48,781 nt of DNA from Candidatus Aminicenantes bacterium. Lineage in GTDB: Bacteria; Acidobacteriota; Aminicenantia; Aminicenantales; Aminicenantaceae. Made by a program: the position numbers and the translations under genes. Positions 15,454 through 24,494 of the stretch are shown piece after piece. Location of the stretch: NCBI GenBank assembly GCA_030614685.1, contig JAUWTO010000002.1:1-48781 (forward strand), written 5' to 3'. Position 1 is the stretch's first letter, and the number at the start of each line of letters is the position of its first letter. Below the pieces are notes generated by a model. The model saw nothing but the letters and a program-made list of their open reading frames with translations, was not told the origin of the DNA and ran no database searches.

Positions 15454-15483
15454 TTGACTCATGCTGAATTTACGAGATATAGT
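15454..15483 (+). promoter_or_regulatory. Predicted sigma70-type promoter for the Yip1 gene
   Basis: TTGACT (15454-15459) - 18 nt - TATAGT (15478-15483), about 27 nt upstream of ATG 15510. Confidence 0.4.
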
Positions 15484-15509
15484 TGGATAAATCTGTGAGG
15501 AGGAAACGG

Positions 15510-16106
15510 ATGGATCTCAAAGCACGCGTTCAAGGGATATTACTTAAGCCGAAAGAAGAGTGGGAGAAGATCAAGGAGGAGACGTATCCGGTCCAGCAGC
15601 TTTTTTCCTCCTATGTCTTGATCCTTGCGGCCATTCCTGCCGTGGCCCAGTTCATCGGCAACTGGCTGATCGGCCAGCGGATCCCGTTCTATGGGACCTA
15701 TCGGCAAGGATTCGGGTCCGGGCTGCTGCGGGCGATCCTGTTCTACGGCATGATGTTGTTGTCCGTATATGTCCTGGGACTGATCATCAACGCTCTGGCT
15801 GGCTCCTTTGCCTCCCGGCAGGATCAGCTCAGTGCTATGAAGCTGGCCGTGTACGGCCAGACACCCATGTGGATCGCCGGGGCCCTGTACATCATCCCCG
15901 CATTGGGAGTGCTGGCCCCTTTGATCTCCCTCTACGGCATCTATCTGATGTATCTGGGACTGGCTGCGGGATTGATGGAAACGCCCAAAGACAAGGTTAT
16001 TACCTATCTGGTCGTGATCATCGTGGTGAGCTTTGTCCTGATGTTCGCCATCAGCATCGCCCTAAGCGCTGTCTTCGCCGTCGGGGTCGGTATCAGCGCC
16101 ATCTAG
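15510..16106 (+). CDS. Yip1-family (DUF1282-like) integral membrane protein
   Basis: ORF 15483 (TTG) trimmed to ATG 15510 (GAGGAGGA at 15497-15504). 'MDLKARVQGILLKPKEEWEKIKEE' is followed by five hydrophobic helices, the typical Yip1-domain layout. Confidence 0.65.
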   Translation: MDLKARVQGILLKPKEEWEKIKEETYPVQQLFSSYVLILAAIPAVAQFIGNWLIGQRIPFYGTYRQGFGSGLLRAILFYGMMLLSVYVLGLIINALAGSFASRQDQLSAMKLAVYGQTPMWIAGALYIIPALGVLAPLISLYGIYLMYLGLAAGLMETPKDKVITYLVVIIVVSFVLMFAISIALSAVFAVGVGISAI

Positions 16107-16814
16107 CGTTTTCCTGATCCTGGCGAACGCCTCTCCGGGTGAAGGAGCGGCGGTGATGGGCCGACCGATGACCAGGTAATCGGCCCCCCCGGCCAGAGCC
16201 TTCTCGGGAGTCATGATCCGCTTCTGGTCCTGGGCGGCCGCCCAGGCCGGCCGGATCCCGGGTGTGACCACCAGGAATTCCCTCCCGAATTCAGCCCGTA
16301 CCATCCCCAACTCCAAGGGAGAACACACGATGCCGTCCATGCCCGCGCTCTGCGCCAGATGCGCCAGCTTGAGTACCTGGCCCGCAGCATCGGCCGGCAT
16401 CCCGATCTCTCCCAGTTCCGCGTCCTTCAGGCTGGTGAGGACGGTGACTCCCAGGAGGAGGGGGCGGTCCCTGCCCACGGCGTCAGCCTTGTCCGCGGCA
16501 ACCTCGACTGCGCGCCGCATCATCTCGCTTCCGCCTGAGGCGTGCAGGGTCATCATGGCCACCCCGTGACCTGCGGCCATGGACACGGCACCGGCGATGG
16601 TGTTCGGGATGTCGTGCAGCTTGAGGTCCAGGAACACCCTTTTTTCCCTCTGGGCGATTTCCTGAATCAGGGTGGGCCCCTCGGCCGTAAACAGCTGCAG
16701 CCCGACTTTGAAGATCTGTCCCTCGGGCAGGCTCTCCACCAGGGAGAGCGCCTGGCTGCGCGTGCCCACATCCAAAGCTACTATGATCCTGTGCGCATTG
16801 CCGGTTTGTCCCAT
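16062..16814 (-). CDS. pyrF: Orotidine 5'-phosphate decarboxylase
   Basis: 250 aa. 'IIVALDV', 'IFKVGLQLF', 'VFLDLKLHDIPNT', 'GADYLVIGRPI'. AAGGAG precedes ATG 16814. Confidence 0.9.
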   Translation of the reverse strand: MGQTGNAHRIIVALDVGTRSQALSLVESLPEGQIFKVGLQLFTAEGPTLIQEIAQREKRVFLDLKLHDIPNTIAGAVSMAAGHGVAMMTLHASGGSEMMRRAVEVAADKADAVGRDRPLLLGVTVLTSLKDAELGEIGMPADAAGQVLKLAHLAQSAGMDGIVCSPLELGMVRAEFGREFLVVTPGIRPAWAAAQDQKRIMTPEKALAGGADYLVIGRPITAAPSPGEAFARIRKTLDGADTDPDGEDSA

Positions 16815-16834
16815 GTCCAGGACTCCTTTCTCTG

Positions 16835-17746
16835 TCAGATCTTCAAGGTCCCGATCAACTCGGTTATCTTTTCGATATTGTGTCTCCGGCCGTAATCCTC
16901 CAGCTCGGAGATGATGTTCAGGGTGGCTTGTGGGTCCACGAAATTTGCGGTGCCCACCTGGACGGCGCTGGCGCCGGCGATGAGGAATTCCGCCGCGTCC
17001 GTGCCGCTCGTGATTCCGCCCATTCCGATGACCGGGATAGAGACCCGGGCCGCCACCTGATAGACCATGCGCAGGGCCAGAGGTTTGATAGCCGGCCCGC
17101 TCAACCCGCCGAGCACATTGGCCAGCGCAGGCCTGCGGCTCTCTGCATCAACGGCCAGGGCCAGGAAGGTATTGACGAGGGAGAGCGCGTCCGAACCGGC
17201 CTCCTGTGCGCTCACGGCCACCCCCGTGATATCCACGGCATTGGGAGTGAGTTTGGTGATGAGGGGACGCCGGCTGATCTTCTTGACCTCTTTCACGATG
17301 CGGAAGGTGGCATCGGGATCCATGGCCGGACATCGCCCCCCCTGCTTCACGTTGGGACAGGATATATTGAGCTCGTAGGCGGTGATGCCCTCCAAACCAT
17401 TCAAGTGGTCCACGACCATGGCATACTCTTCCTCATGGTCCCCGCATACGTTGATGATCACGGCGGCTTCCAGTCCCTGAAGCTTGGGCAGGACCTCCTC
17501 GGCGAAGCGCTCGACCCCGATGCCTTGCAGCCCGATGGCGTTGATCAGCCCGCCTGCGGTCTCGAACAGGCGCGGGGGCGGGTTCCCGGGCCTGGGATCG
17601 TAATACAGCCCCTTGACCACGAAGCCCCCCAGCAGGTTCAAGTCCAGGAAAGGCTGAAATTCCAGCCCATAACCGAAGGTGCCGCTGGCAGCGATCACAG
17701 GGTTCTTGAGAACGCAGAATCCCAGGTCCACCGACAGGTCTGTCAT
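16835..17746 (-). CDS. pyrD: Dihydroorotate dehydrogenase, catalytic subunit (class 1B)
   Basis: 303 aa. 'LKNPVIAASGTFGYG', 'NISCPNVKQGG', 'GLSGPAIKPLALRMV', 'IGMGGI'. Start overlaps the pyrK stop (ATGA at 17743-17746). Confidence 0.9.
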   Translation of the reverse strand: MTDLSVDLGFCVLKNPVIAASGTFGYGLEFQPFLDLNLLGGFVVKGLYYDPRPGNPPPRLFETAGGLINAIGLQGIGVERFAEEVLPKLQGLEAAVIINVCGDHEEEYAMVVDHLNGLEGITAYELNISCPNVKQGGRCPAMDPDATFRIVKEVKKISRRPLITKLTPNAVDITGVAVSAQEAGSDALSLVNTFLALAVDAESRRPALANVLGGLSGPAIKPLALRMVYQVAARVSIPVIGMGGITSGTDAAEFLIAGASAVQVGTANFVDPQATLNIISELEDYGRRHNIEKITELIGTLKI

Positions 17747-18543
17747 CGATCCTCTCCCCTCCAGACCACATCTTCTGCCAGGAAAACGGGGCCTTCCTCA
17801 CAGATCTTCCTCCAGGCCTCTTCTCCATCCTTCCGGATCTTGTGGACACAGCCCCAGCAGGCACCGAATCCGCACCCCATGATCGATTCCAGGGACAGCT
17901 CGGCCGGGATGCTCAGCCCGTGAGCCAGCTCTCCCACGGCCTGCAGCATGCCGTCGGGGCCGCAGGCATAGAGCCGGTCGGGAGCGTATGCCTCCCTGGT
18001 GTCCTTGATGACCAGGTCGGTCACCAGGCCGTGATACCCGTAGGAACCGTCCTCCGTGGAACAGTCCGGTGCAAATCCGGCAGAGGCGAATCGCTCCCGC
18101 AGGACGAGGTCCTCTTCCGAATTCCCTCCATAGAAGATCCGGACATCGGCCCCCATTTTCCGCAGTTCGTTGGCCAGGAAGAAGAGGGGGGCGATCCCGC
18201 GCCCGCCTCCCACCAGCGCGGCCTGGAGGCCCTTCAAGTCTCCGCTCAGGTCGAACCCCCGCCCCAGGGGACCCAGGATGTCCAGGGCCTGTCCCCTATT
18301 TGTCAGGCTCAGGAGTCGTGTGCCGACTCCCACGGACTGGAAGAATATTATAAGCTCGGTCCCGGACACGGCGTGGATGCTGAAGGGCCGGCGGAGCAGG
18401 GGCTGGTGGAGGAGGGAGGTACGCACCATGATGAACTGTCCGGGGGCCGCCAGCGTCGCGATCTCAGGAGTGTTCAGGGTCAGCATATGATACGTGCCCC
18501 AACTCTCTTTGTGGGTGATGGAGGCTGACGGATCTTTGTGCAT
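17743..18543 (-). CDS. pyrK: Dihydroorotate dehydrogenase electron-transfer subunit
   Basis: 266 aa. FAD/NAD-binding fold 'RRPFSI', 'GGGRGIAPL'. C-terminal 2Fe-2S ligands 'MGCGFGACWGCV'. Confidence 0.85.
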   Translation of the reverse strand: MHKDPSASITHKESWGTYHMLTLNTPEIATLAAPGQFIMVRTSLLHQPLLRRPFSIHAVSGTELIIFFQSVGVGTRLLSLTNRGQALDILGPLGRGFDLSGDLKGLQAALVGGGRGIAPLFFLANELRKMGADVRIFYGGNSEEDLVLRERFASAGFAPDCSTEDGSYGYHGLVTDLVIKDTREAYAPDRLYACGPDGMLQAVGELAHGLSIPAELSLESIMGCGFGACWGCVHKIRKDGEEAWRKICEEGPVFLAEDVVWRGEDR

Positions 18544-18603
18544 GTCCCTGTCTTAAGGTCCTGACCAAAATATCAGAATCGCCCTGGCGAGGCAATAAAA
18601 ACT

Positions 18604-18633
18604 TTGACAACCTCCGGGCTTTTTTGAAATAAT
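18604..18633 (+). promoter_or_regulatory. Possible sigma70-type promoter for the aminotransferase gene
   Basis: TTGACA (18604-18609) - 18 nt - AATAAT (18628-18633) in an AT-rich divergent spacer. Confidence 0.3.
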
Positions 18634-18749
18634 CATTTTCTCCATGAACAGGTAATAGATCCATACATATGTAAACAACCTGGAATGCTCATTATGATAA
18701 TCTGATTCCGGCACTATTACGAATATTCCAGGGGGGAGAGAATAACGCC

Positions 18750-19946
18750 ATGGATATTTCCCAGAGAGGTCGCGAGATCCAGGAATCTCCCATCCGCAAG
18801 CTCAAGCCCTTTGCGGATCAGGCCATCGCCAAAGGAGTGCATGTATATTTCATCAACATCGGCCAGCCCGACATTCCCACTCCGGAGCCGGTCTGGGAGG
18901 CATTCCGCAGCTGCACGGACAAGGTCTTAAGTTATGGCCCGGCCCAGGGTTTTCTCGACCTGCGCAGCGCCATCGTCGGGTATTTTGGAGGATACGGGAT
19001 CTCTCTCGAGGCCGACAACGTGCTCATCACCATAGGCGGGTCGGAGGCCATCCACTATGCCTTCAGCGTTGTGGCCGACCCGGGTGAGGAGATCATCATC
19101 CCCGAGCCCTTCTACACCAACTACAACGGGTATGCCTCAGGGGCCAATGTCCGGATCGTCCCCCTGACCCTGGATGTGAACGACGGGTTTCGTCTGCCGC
19201 CCGCTGAAGCCATAGAGTCCAAGATCTCGGAGCGGACCCGGGCCATCCTCCTGTGTTCTCCCAACAATCCCACCGGGACGGTCTACACCTCAGAGGAGAT
19301 GGACCGTGTAAGGGAGTTGGTCAAAAAACACGACCTGTTCCTGATCGCGGACGAGGTGTATAAGGAGTTCGTCTACGACGGGGCCGTACACAAGAGCATC
19401 CTGGAGTTCGACGACATCCGGGACAGGGCTATCGTGGTCGACAGCATCTCCAAGCGCTTCTCCTGCTGCGGTGCCCGCATCGGCTCCGTGATCACGCGCA
19501 ACTCCGAGGTGTATCAGGCTGCCCTGAAGTTCGCCCAGGCCCGGCTGTGTCCGCCCTCTATGGAGCAGAAGGCGGCCCTGGCGGCGTACTCCATGGGGGG
19601 CGGGTATTTCGATCCTATCCGGGAGGAGTACCAGAAACGCAGGGACGTCCTCTTCGACGGGTTCAAGGACATTCCCGGGATCGTGATGCACAAGCCGCAG
19701 GGCGCGTTCTACATCCATGTGAAGCTTCCCATCCGGGACAGTGAACATTTTGTACGCTGGATGCTCACGGATTTCCGCCTGGACGGAGAGACGGTCATGG
19801 TGGCCCCGGCTCAGGGTTTCTACTGCACACCCGGCAAGGGGCTGGACGAGGTCCGCCTCGCCTACGTACTCAAGGAAGAGGACCTCCTCCGCGCCATCAC
19901 GGTCTTCAAGGCCGGGCTGAAAAAGTATCAGGAACTGTTTCCCTGA
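18750..19946 (+). CDS. PLP-dependent aminotransferase, class I/II (aspartate-aminotransferase-like)
   Basis: 398 aa. 'INIGQPD', 'ILLCSPNNPTG', 'FLIADEVY', and the PLP-lysine block 'DSISKRFSCCGARIG'. Confidence 0.85.
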   Translation: MDISQRGREIQESPIRKLKPFADQAIAKGVHVYFINIGQPDIPTPEPVWEAFRSCTDKVLSYGPAQGFLDLRSAIVGYFGGYGISLEADNVLITIGGSEAIHYAFSVVADPGEEIIIPEPFYTNYNGYASGANVRIVPLTLDVNDGFRLPPAEAIESKISERTRAILLCSPNNPTGTVYTSEEMDRVRELVKKHDLFLIADEVYKEFVYDGAVHKSILEFDDIRDRAIVVDSISKRFSCCGARIGSVITRNSEVYQAALKFAQARLCPPSMEQKAALAAYSMGGGYFDPIREEYQKRRDVLFDGFKDIPGIVMHKPQGAFYIHVKLPIRDSEHFVRWMLTDFRLDGETVMVAPAQGFYCTPGKGLDEVRLAYVLKEEDLLRAITVFKAGLKKYQELFP

Positions 19947-20106
19947 TTGATTCTGTCCTCGTCAAGCCCGTCCAACCTCCCCCACCCTTCCCACCCTAAA
20001 GGGAGGATGGGGAGACCGCAATCAATCCTCCCAATATTGCCTTGATTGATTCTGTCCTCGTCGAAGACACTCCCACCTCCCCATGGACTTCTGACAGAAT
20101 CAATCA
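19944..20106 (+). repeat. Tandem pair of related hairpin units sharing an identical 20-nt 5' arm
   Basis: tgattgattctgtcctcgtc occurs at 19944-19963 (starting on the aminotransferase TGA) and again at 20043-20062. Unit B closes with a perfect 14-bp inverted copy gacagaatcaatca (20093-20106). Unit A closes with 8 bp, gattgatt (19945-19952) / aatcaatc (20020-20027). Both interiors are C-rich (cctcccccaccc / ctcccacctcccca). Confidence 0.7.
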
Positions 20107-20188
20107 GGGCGAGATGGGAGGCATCGGCCCGATAGAGGGGCTTTGACGTAGACTTCAGATATTAGAACAGCCTCCTCTCCTTTCCACC

Positions 20189-20217
20189 TTGATATAACCG
20201 GATAGAAAGTGTATCAT
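20189..20217 (+). promoter_or_regulatory. Predicted sigma70-type promoter for ppdK
   Basis: TTGATA (20189-20194) - 17 nt - TATCAT (20212-20217), about 75 nt upstream of ATG 20292 (GAGGAG at 20279-20284). Confidence 0.45.
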
Positions 20218-20291
20218 TTTTGTTTATTGCGGCTTGGATTATTCATCAAAAATTGACATTATCCAGCTCATAACATTAGAGGAGACAGATC

Positions 20292-23003
20292 ATGACGGAA
20301 CAATATGTGTACTTCTTCGCAAAGGACAATGCCGAAGGCGACCGCACCATGCGCGATACACTGGGCGGCAAGGGGGCCAACCTGGCGGAAATGGCCGGGA
20401 TCGGACTCCCTGTGCCTCCTGGATTCACCGTGACCACCGATGTCTGCAGCCTGTATTTCGAGGCCGGCAACCAGATCCCGGCGGAGGTGGAAGAGCAGAT
20501 CCTGGCCAACCTCCGGAGGCTGGAAGAGACAGCCGGTTTGACATTGGGGGATGAGGCCGACCCTCTGCTGGTGTCGGTCCGTTCCGGCTCTAAATTTTCC
20601 ATGCCGGGCATGATGGACACCGTTCTCAACCTGGGACTCAATGACACGACCGTCGAGGGCCTGGCCCGCAAGAGCGGAAACCGCCGCTTTGCCCTTGACT
20701 GCTACCGGCGCCTCATCCAGATGTTCAGCGATGTGGTGCTCGAAGTCCCGAAGCGAAAATTCGAGGACAGGCTCAAAAAGATAAAGGCTGAGCACAATAT
20801 AACCAACGATTTCGATATCTCTGAAGACCTGTGGCAGGAGACCATCGCTGTGTTCAAGGGCATCGTCAAGCAGGAAGCTGGTGTCGATTTTCCCCAGGAT
20901 GTCAAAGAGCAGCTGTTCATGGCTGCCTCAGCCGTGTTCCACTCTTGGCACAATCCGCGCGCCATCACCTACCGTAGACTCAACCACATCCCCGAAGACC
21001 TGGGCACGGCCGTCAACGTGCAGCTCATGGTGTTCGGGAACTACGGAGAATCTTCAGGGACCGGAGTGGGTTTCACCCGGGATCCCGCCACGGGCGCCAA
21101 GGAACTCTACGGCGAGTACCTGATCAATGCCCAGGGCGAGGATGTGGTGGCCGGAATCCGGACCCCCTCTCCCCTCCGAGAGCTGGAAAAAGACATGCCT
21201 GCCGTGTTCCGGGAGCTGAAGGACACCACCACCAGTTTGGAAAAGCACTATGAAGATGTGCAGGACTTCGAGTTCACCATCCAGGAGGAAAAGCTCTATA
21301 TGCTGCAGACCCGCTCCGGAAAACGCACCGGACAGGCGGCCGTCAAGATCGCGGTCGACCTGGTGGAGGAAGGGCTGACCACCAAGGATAAGGCCCTGAT
21401 GCTGGTGGAGCCGGGTTCTCTGGACCAGCTGCTGCATCCCGTGTTCGATATCGAGGGGAAGGCCGCGGCCGAAGTCCTGGCCAAGGGGCTGGCCGCCTCT
21501 CCGGGGGCGGCCGCAGGCCAGGTGGTTTTTACCGCCGAAGAGGCTGTCGCCTGGAAACAGGAAGGCCGTGAAGTCATCCTGGTCCGGGAGGAGACCTCTC
21601 CCGACGACATCCACGGCATGAGCGCCTCTCAGGGAATCCTGACGGCGACCGGAGGCATGACCTCCCATGCGGCGGTGGTGGGACGCCAGATGGGCAAGCC
21701 CGCCGTTGTGGGCTGCGGAGCCATCGTACTGAATGAGAAAGACAACTCCTTCCAGGTCGGATCCGCCGTGATCAGACATGGTGAGAGCATCTCCATCGAC
21801 GGAGCCACCGGAGAGGTGCTGCGGGGCGAGATCGAGACGCAGCCCTCGGAGATCCTCCAGGTCGTCAAGGGAAAGGTCAAGCCCGAGGACTCCGAGATCT
21901 TCGGCTACTTCACCAAGCTGCTTTCCTGGGCGGACGAAGTGCGGCGTATGGACGTGCGTGCCAACGCGGACACGCCCGAGGATGCCGGGGTGGCCTTTGC
22001 CTTCGGCGCTCAGGGTATCGGCCTGACCCGGACCGAGCACATGTTTTTCGACAAGGAGCGGCTTCCTATCATAAAAGAGATGATCATGTCTGAGTCCGAA
22101 AAGGACCGCCGTGCCAATCTGGACCAACTGCTCCCGTTCCAGCGCAAGGATTTCTACGAGCTGTTTAAGGCCATGCACGGCAATCCCGTCACCATCCGCA
22201 CGCTCGATCCCCCACTCCACGAATTTCTGCCCAAGAAAGAGGATCTGATGGTGGAGATTGCAGAGCTCAAGGCCTCTGGAAGCGGCGATGCGGAGAAGAT
22301 CCGGGAGCTGGAGGTGGTCCTGGAGCGCGTCAAGGCCCTCTCCGAGTTCAACCCGATGCTGGGCCACCGGGGCTGCCGTCTGGGTGTGACCTTCCCGGAG
22401 ATCATAGAGATGCAGGCCCGTGCCATTTTCGAGGCGGCCTGCCAGTTGGCCAGGGAGGGCGAGAAGGTCCTGCCCGAGATCATGGTGCCGCTCATCGGCG
22501 GCATTGAGGAATTGGCCAATCAGAAGGAGATCATCGTGCGCATCGCTGAAGAGCTCATCGAGCAGTACGGCGTCGAACTCGAATATACAGTGGGGACCAT
22601 GATCGAGATCCCCCGCGCGGCCATCACCGCCGATAAGGTTGCCAGGGAGGCGGATTTCTTTTCCTTCGGAACCAACGACCTCACACAGACAGCCTTCGGC
22701 ATCTCCCGTGACGACGGCGCAGCGTTCATCAACCACTACCTGACCCATGGGATCTGGAAAGACGATCCCTTCATGACAGTGGACATCGACGGCGTGGGTG
22801 AGCTCATGAAGTGGGCGGTGGAAAAGGGACGCCAGACCCAGCCCGGCCTCAAGGTCGGGATCTGCGGCGTGCACGGCGGTGATCCCCGTTCCATCTTCTT
22901 CTGTCACAAGATCGGCCTCAACTACGTCAGCTGCTCCGCCTACCAGATCCCCATCGCGCGGCTGGCCGCCGCTCAGGTGACCCTGCAGGAAAAAGCGGAA
23001 TAG
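20292..23003 (+). CDS. ppdK: Pyruvate, phosphate dikinase
   Basis: 903 aa. 'LGGKGANLAEM', phosphohistidine block 'GGMTSHAAVVGRQMGKPAV', 'GTNDLTQ', 'GICGVHGGDP'. Length and N-terminus are typical of PpdK. Confidence 0.95.
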   Translation: MTEQYVYFFAKDNAEGDRTMRDTLGGKGANLAEMAGIGLPVPPGFTVTTDVCSLYFEAGNQIPAEVEEQILANLRRLEETAGLTLGDEADPLLVSVRSGSKFSMPGMMDTVLNLGLNDTTVEGLARKSGNRRFALDCYRRLIQMFSDVVLEVPKRKFEDRLKKIKAEHNITNDFDISEDLWQETIAVFKGIVKQEAGVDFPQDVKEQLFMAASAVFHSWHNPRAITYRRLNHIPEDLGTAVNVQLMVFGNYGESSGTGVGFTRDPATGAKELYGEYLINAQGEDVVAGIRTPSPLRELEKDMPAVFRELKDTTTSLEKHYEDVQDFEFTIQEEKLYMLQTRSGKRTGQAAVKIAVDLVEEGLTTKDKALMLVEPGSLDQLLHPVFDIEGKAAAEVLAKGLAASPGAAAGQVVFTAEEAVAWKQEGREVILVREETSPDDIHGMSASQGILTATGGMTSHAAVVGRQMGKPAVVGCGAIVLNEKDNSFQVGSAVIRHGESISIDGATGEVLRGEIETQPSEILQVVKGKVKPEDSEIFGYFTKLLSWADEVRRMDVRANADTPEDAGVAFAFGAQGIGLTRTEHMFFDKERLPIIKEMIMSESEKDRRANLDQLLPFQRKDFYELFKAMHGNPVTIRTLDPPLHEFLPKKEDLMVEIAELKASGSGDAEKIRELEVVLERVKALSEFNPMLGHRGCRLGVTFPEIIEMQARAIFEAACQLAREGEKVLPEIMVPLIGGIEELANQKEIIVRIAEELIEQYGVELEYTVGTMIEIPRAAITADKVAREADFFSFGTNDLTQTAFGISRDDGAAFINHYLTHGIWKDDPFMTVDIDGVGELMKWAVEKGRQTQPGLKVGICGVHGGDPRSIFFCHKIGLNYVSCSAYQIPIARLAAAQVTLQEKAE

Positions 23004-23036
23004 GCCGGGGCCCCGATGCCTCATCGGGCCGGCCCT
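23004..23036 (+). terminator. GC-rich hairpin after ppdK (possible terminator)
   Basis: cccgatg / catcggg 7-bp stem with a 3-nt loop, flanked by partly pairing ggccg/cggcc arms. It is followed by a T-rich ttgttgtgtg rather than a clean U-tract. Confidence 0.35.
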
Positions 23037-23084
23037 CGCATTGTTGTGTGGCACCGGATTTTCTGGTATGTATAGGGGGCCATC

Positions 23085-24083
23085 ATGGTCGACCTCAAAG
23101 GACTCTTCAGCTTCCTGCGCAGGTCCAGGTTTCCTTTCAAGTTCGTGTACAGCGATGCCTACTGGATGGTAGACCTCGGCAATCACGTTTTCCCCATTGT
23201 GAAATACCGCCTGATCTATGAGCAGCTCCTCAGCGCGGGCATCCGCAAGGAGAATATTCTCACGCCCCAGCCTGCCTCAGACTCGGAAGTGGAGCTTGTC
23301 CACACCTCCCGTTACGTAAAGAAGATCCGGCAGGGAAAGCTGTCGCAGGCGGAGATGTCGGCCCTCGAGATTCCCTACTGCACCGAATGTGTGGATTTTG
23401 CCTTCCTAACCGTGGGCGGCACCATCCGAGCTGCCGAACAGGCGCTTGAGGACGGCGTCTGTTTCCACATCGGCGGCGGATTTCATCATGCGTTTCGAGA
23501 CCATGGGGAAGGGTTCTGTGTGTTTAACGACGTTGCCGTCTCCCTGGAGAAGCTGAAGCGAGAGGGCCGCATCCAGCGGGCCATGGTCGTGGACTGCGAC
23601 GTTCACCAGGGGAATGGGACCGCGGTCATCTTCAGCGGGAAGGACTATGTGTACACGTTTTCCATTCATCAGATGGATCTCTATCCGGCCCAGAAGCCCC
23701 GCAGTTCCCTGGATGTGGGGCTCTGGACAGGGGATGGGGATGACAATTATCTGGCCGCCCTGCAGGAGCACATCCCCCGGATCTATGAGGAATTCCAGCC
23801 CGACCTGGTCTGTTATCTGGCTGGGGCCGATCCCCTCGACAAAGACCAGCTGGGGGGATTGCGGATCTCCCATGACGGTCTCAAGGAACGGGACCGCATC
23901 GTGATCGAGAACGCGCGCCGGCTGAAGCTTCCTCTGGTCATCGTGCTGGCTGGAGGTTATGCACCGGATATCACGGACACGGTCGATGTCCACATGCACA
24001 CCATCGAGGTGGCGCGGAAAACAGAGCTGGGAAGCTCATCTTGGCTCCGACGTGCGGATCGTCCCCGCCGGAAGTCCGGATAG
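23085..24083 (+). CDS. Histone-deacetylase-family (acetoin-utilisation/acetylpolyamine amidohydrolase-like) protein
   Basis: 332 aa. 'HIGGGFHHAFRDHGEGFCVFNDVAV', 'VVDCDVHQGNGT', 'GADPLDKDQLGGL'. Confidence 0.8.
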   Translation: MVDLKGLFSFLRRSRFPFKFVYSDAYWMVDLGNHVFPIVKYRLIYEQLLSAGIRKENILTPQPASDSEVELVHTSRYVKKIRQGKLSQAEMSALEIPYCTECVDFAFLTVGGTIRAAEQALEDGVCFHIGGGFHHAFRDHGEGFCVFNDVAVSLEKLKREGRIQRAMVVDCDVHQGNGTAVIFSGKDYVYTFSIHQMDLYPAQKPRSSLDVGLWTGDGDDNYLAALQEHIPRIYEEFQPDLVCYLAGADPLDKDQLGGLRISHDGLKERDRIVIENARRLKLPLVIVLAGGYAPDITDTVDVHMHTIEVARKTELGSSSWLRRADRPRRKSG

Positions 24084-24088
24084 GGCCT

Positions 24089-24418
24089 TTATCCGTTCTC
24101 GCGCTGGGTTTCCGACTCGATCCACTTCAAATAGGAGGAGGATCCCTGCTCGATCGGCAGGGCAATGATCTCAGGAACCTCATAGGGATGGAGGCCCTGG
24201 ACAGCCTCCTCGAGGCGCGGGAACAGCTCCGCGCGTGTTTTGATAACCAGCAGGTGTTCCTGGTCCTGCTGGATCTTGCCCTCCCACCAGTACAGGGACT
24301 CCAGGGTACCCGATATGTTCACGCAGGCGGCCAGGCGCTCTTCCAGAATTCTCCGCGCGATCTTCCGGCCGGTGGTGATATCCGGGACTGTGCTCATGAC
24401 CACGATGTTTCCGCTCAT
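24089..24418 (-). CDS. cutA: Divalent-cation tolerance protein CutA
   Basis: 109 aa. 'IARRILEERLAACVNI', 'SLYWWEGKIQQDQEHLLVIKT', 'HPYEVPEIIALPI'. Confidence 0.85.
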   Translation of the reverse strand: MSGNIVVMSTVPDITTGRKIARRILEERLAACVNISGTLESLYWWEGKIQQDQEHLLVIKTRAELFPRLEEAVQGLHPYEVPEIIALPIEQGSSSYLKWIESETQRENG

Positions 24419-24494
24419 TTCATTCTCCTGGGGTGATTCTCATTATACGCAGCTAGGCCGGGAAAAGCGAGCCAGGGAGGGGGATGAGGTCGGG

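Noticed and set aside
15233-16106. Possible genomic-island insertion next to the tRNA pair
   Set aside because: No integrase or recombinase is present, no direct repeat of a tRNA 3' end was seen downstream, and the flanking genes (Yip1, pyrF) have native-looking composition.
20253-20280. Consensus TTGACA 34 nt upstream of the ppdK ATG
   Set aside because: No acceptable -10 hexamer occurs at 16-18-nt spacing (best candidates are ATTAGA/TTAGAG), and a -10 there would run into the SD. The TTGATA-N17-TATCAT at 20189-20217 is the better candidate.
23049-23063. TGGCAC-cggat-TTTC sigma54-like element upstream of the HDAC-family gene
   Set aside because: The -24 half is perfect, but the essential -12 GC dinucleotide is TC. 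I treat this as a chance half-site.
21054-23186. 710-aa ORF on the minus strand
   Set aside because: It lies entirely antisense to ppdK, whose identity is unambiguous. Its composition (Gly/His/Arg/Asp/Leu-rich, no motifs) is that of a stop-poor antisense frame in G+C-rich DNA.
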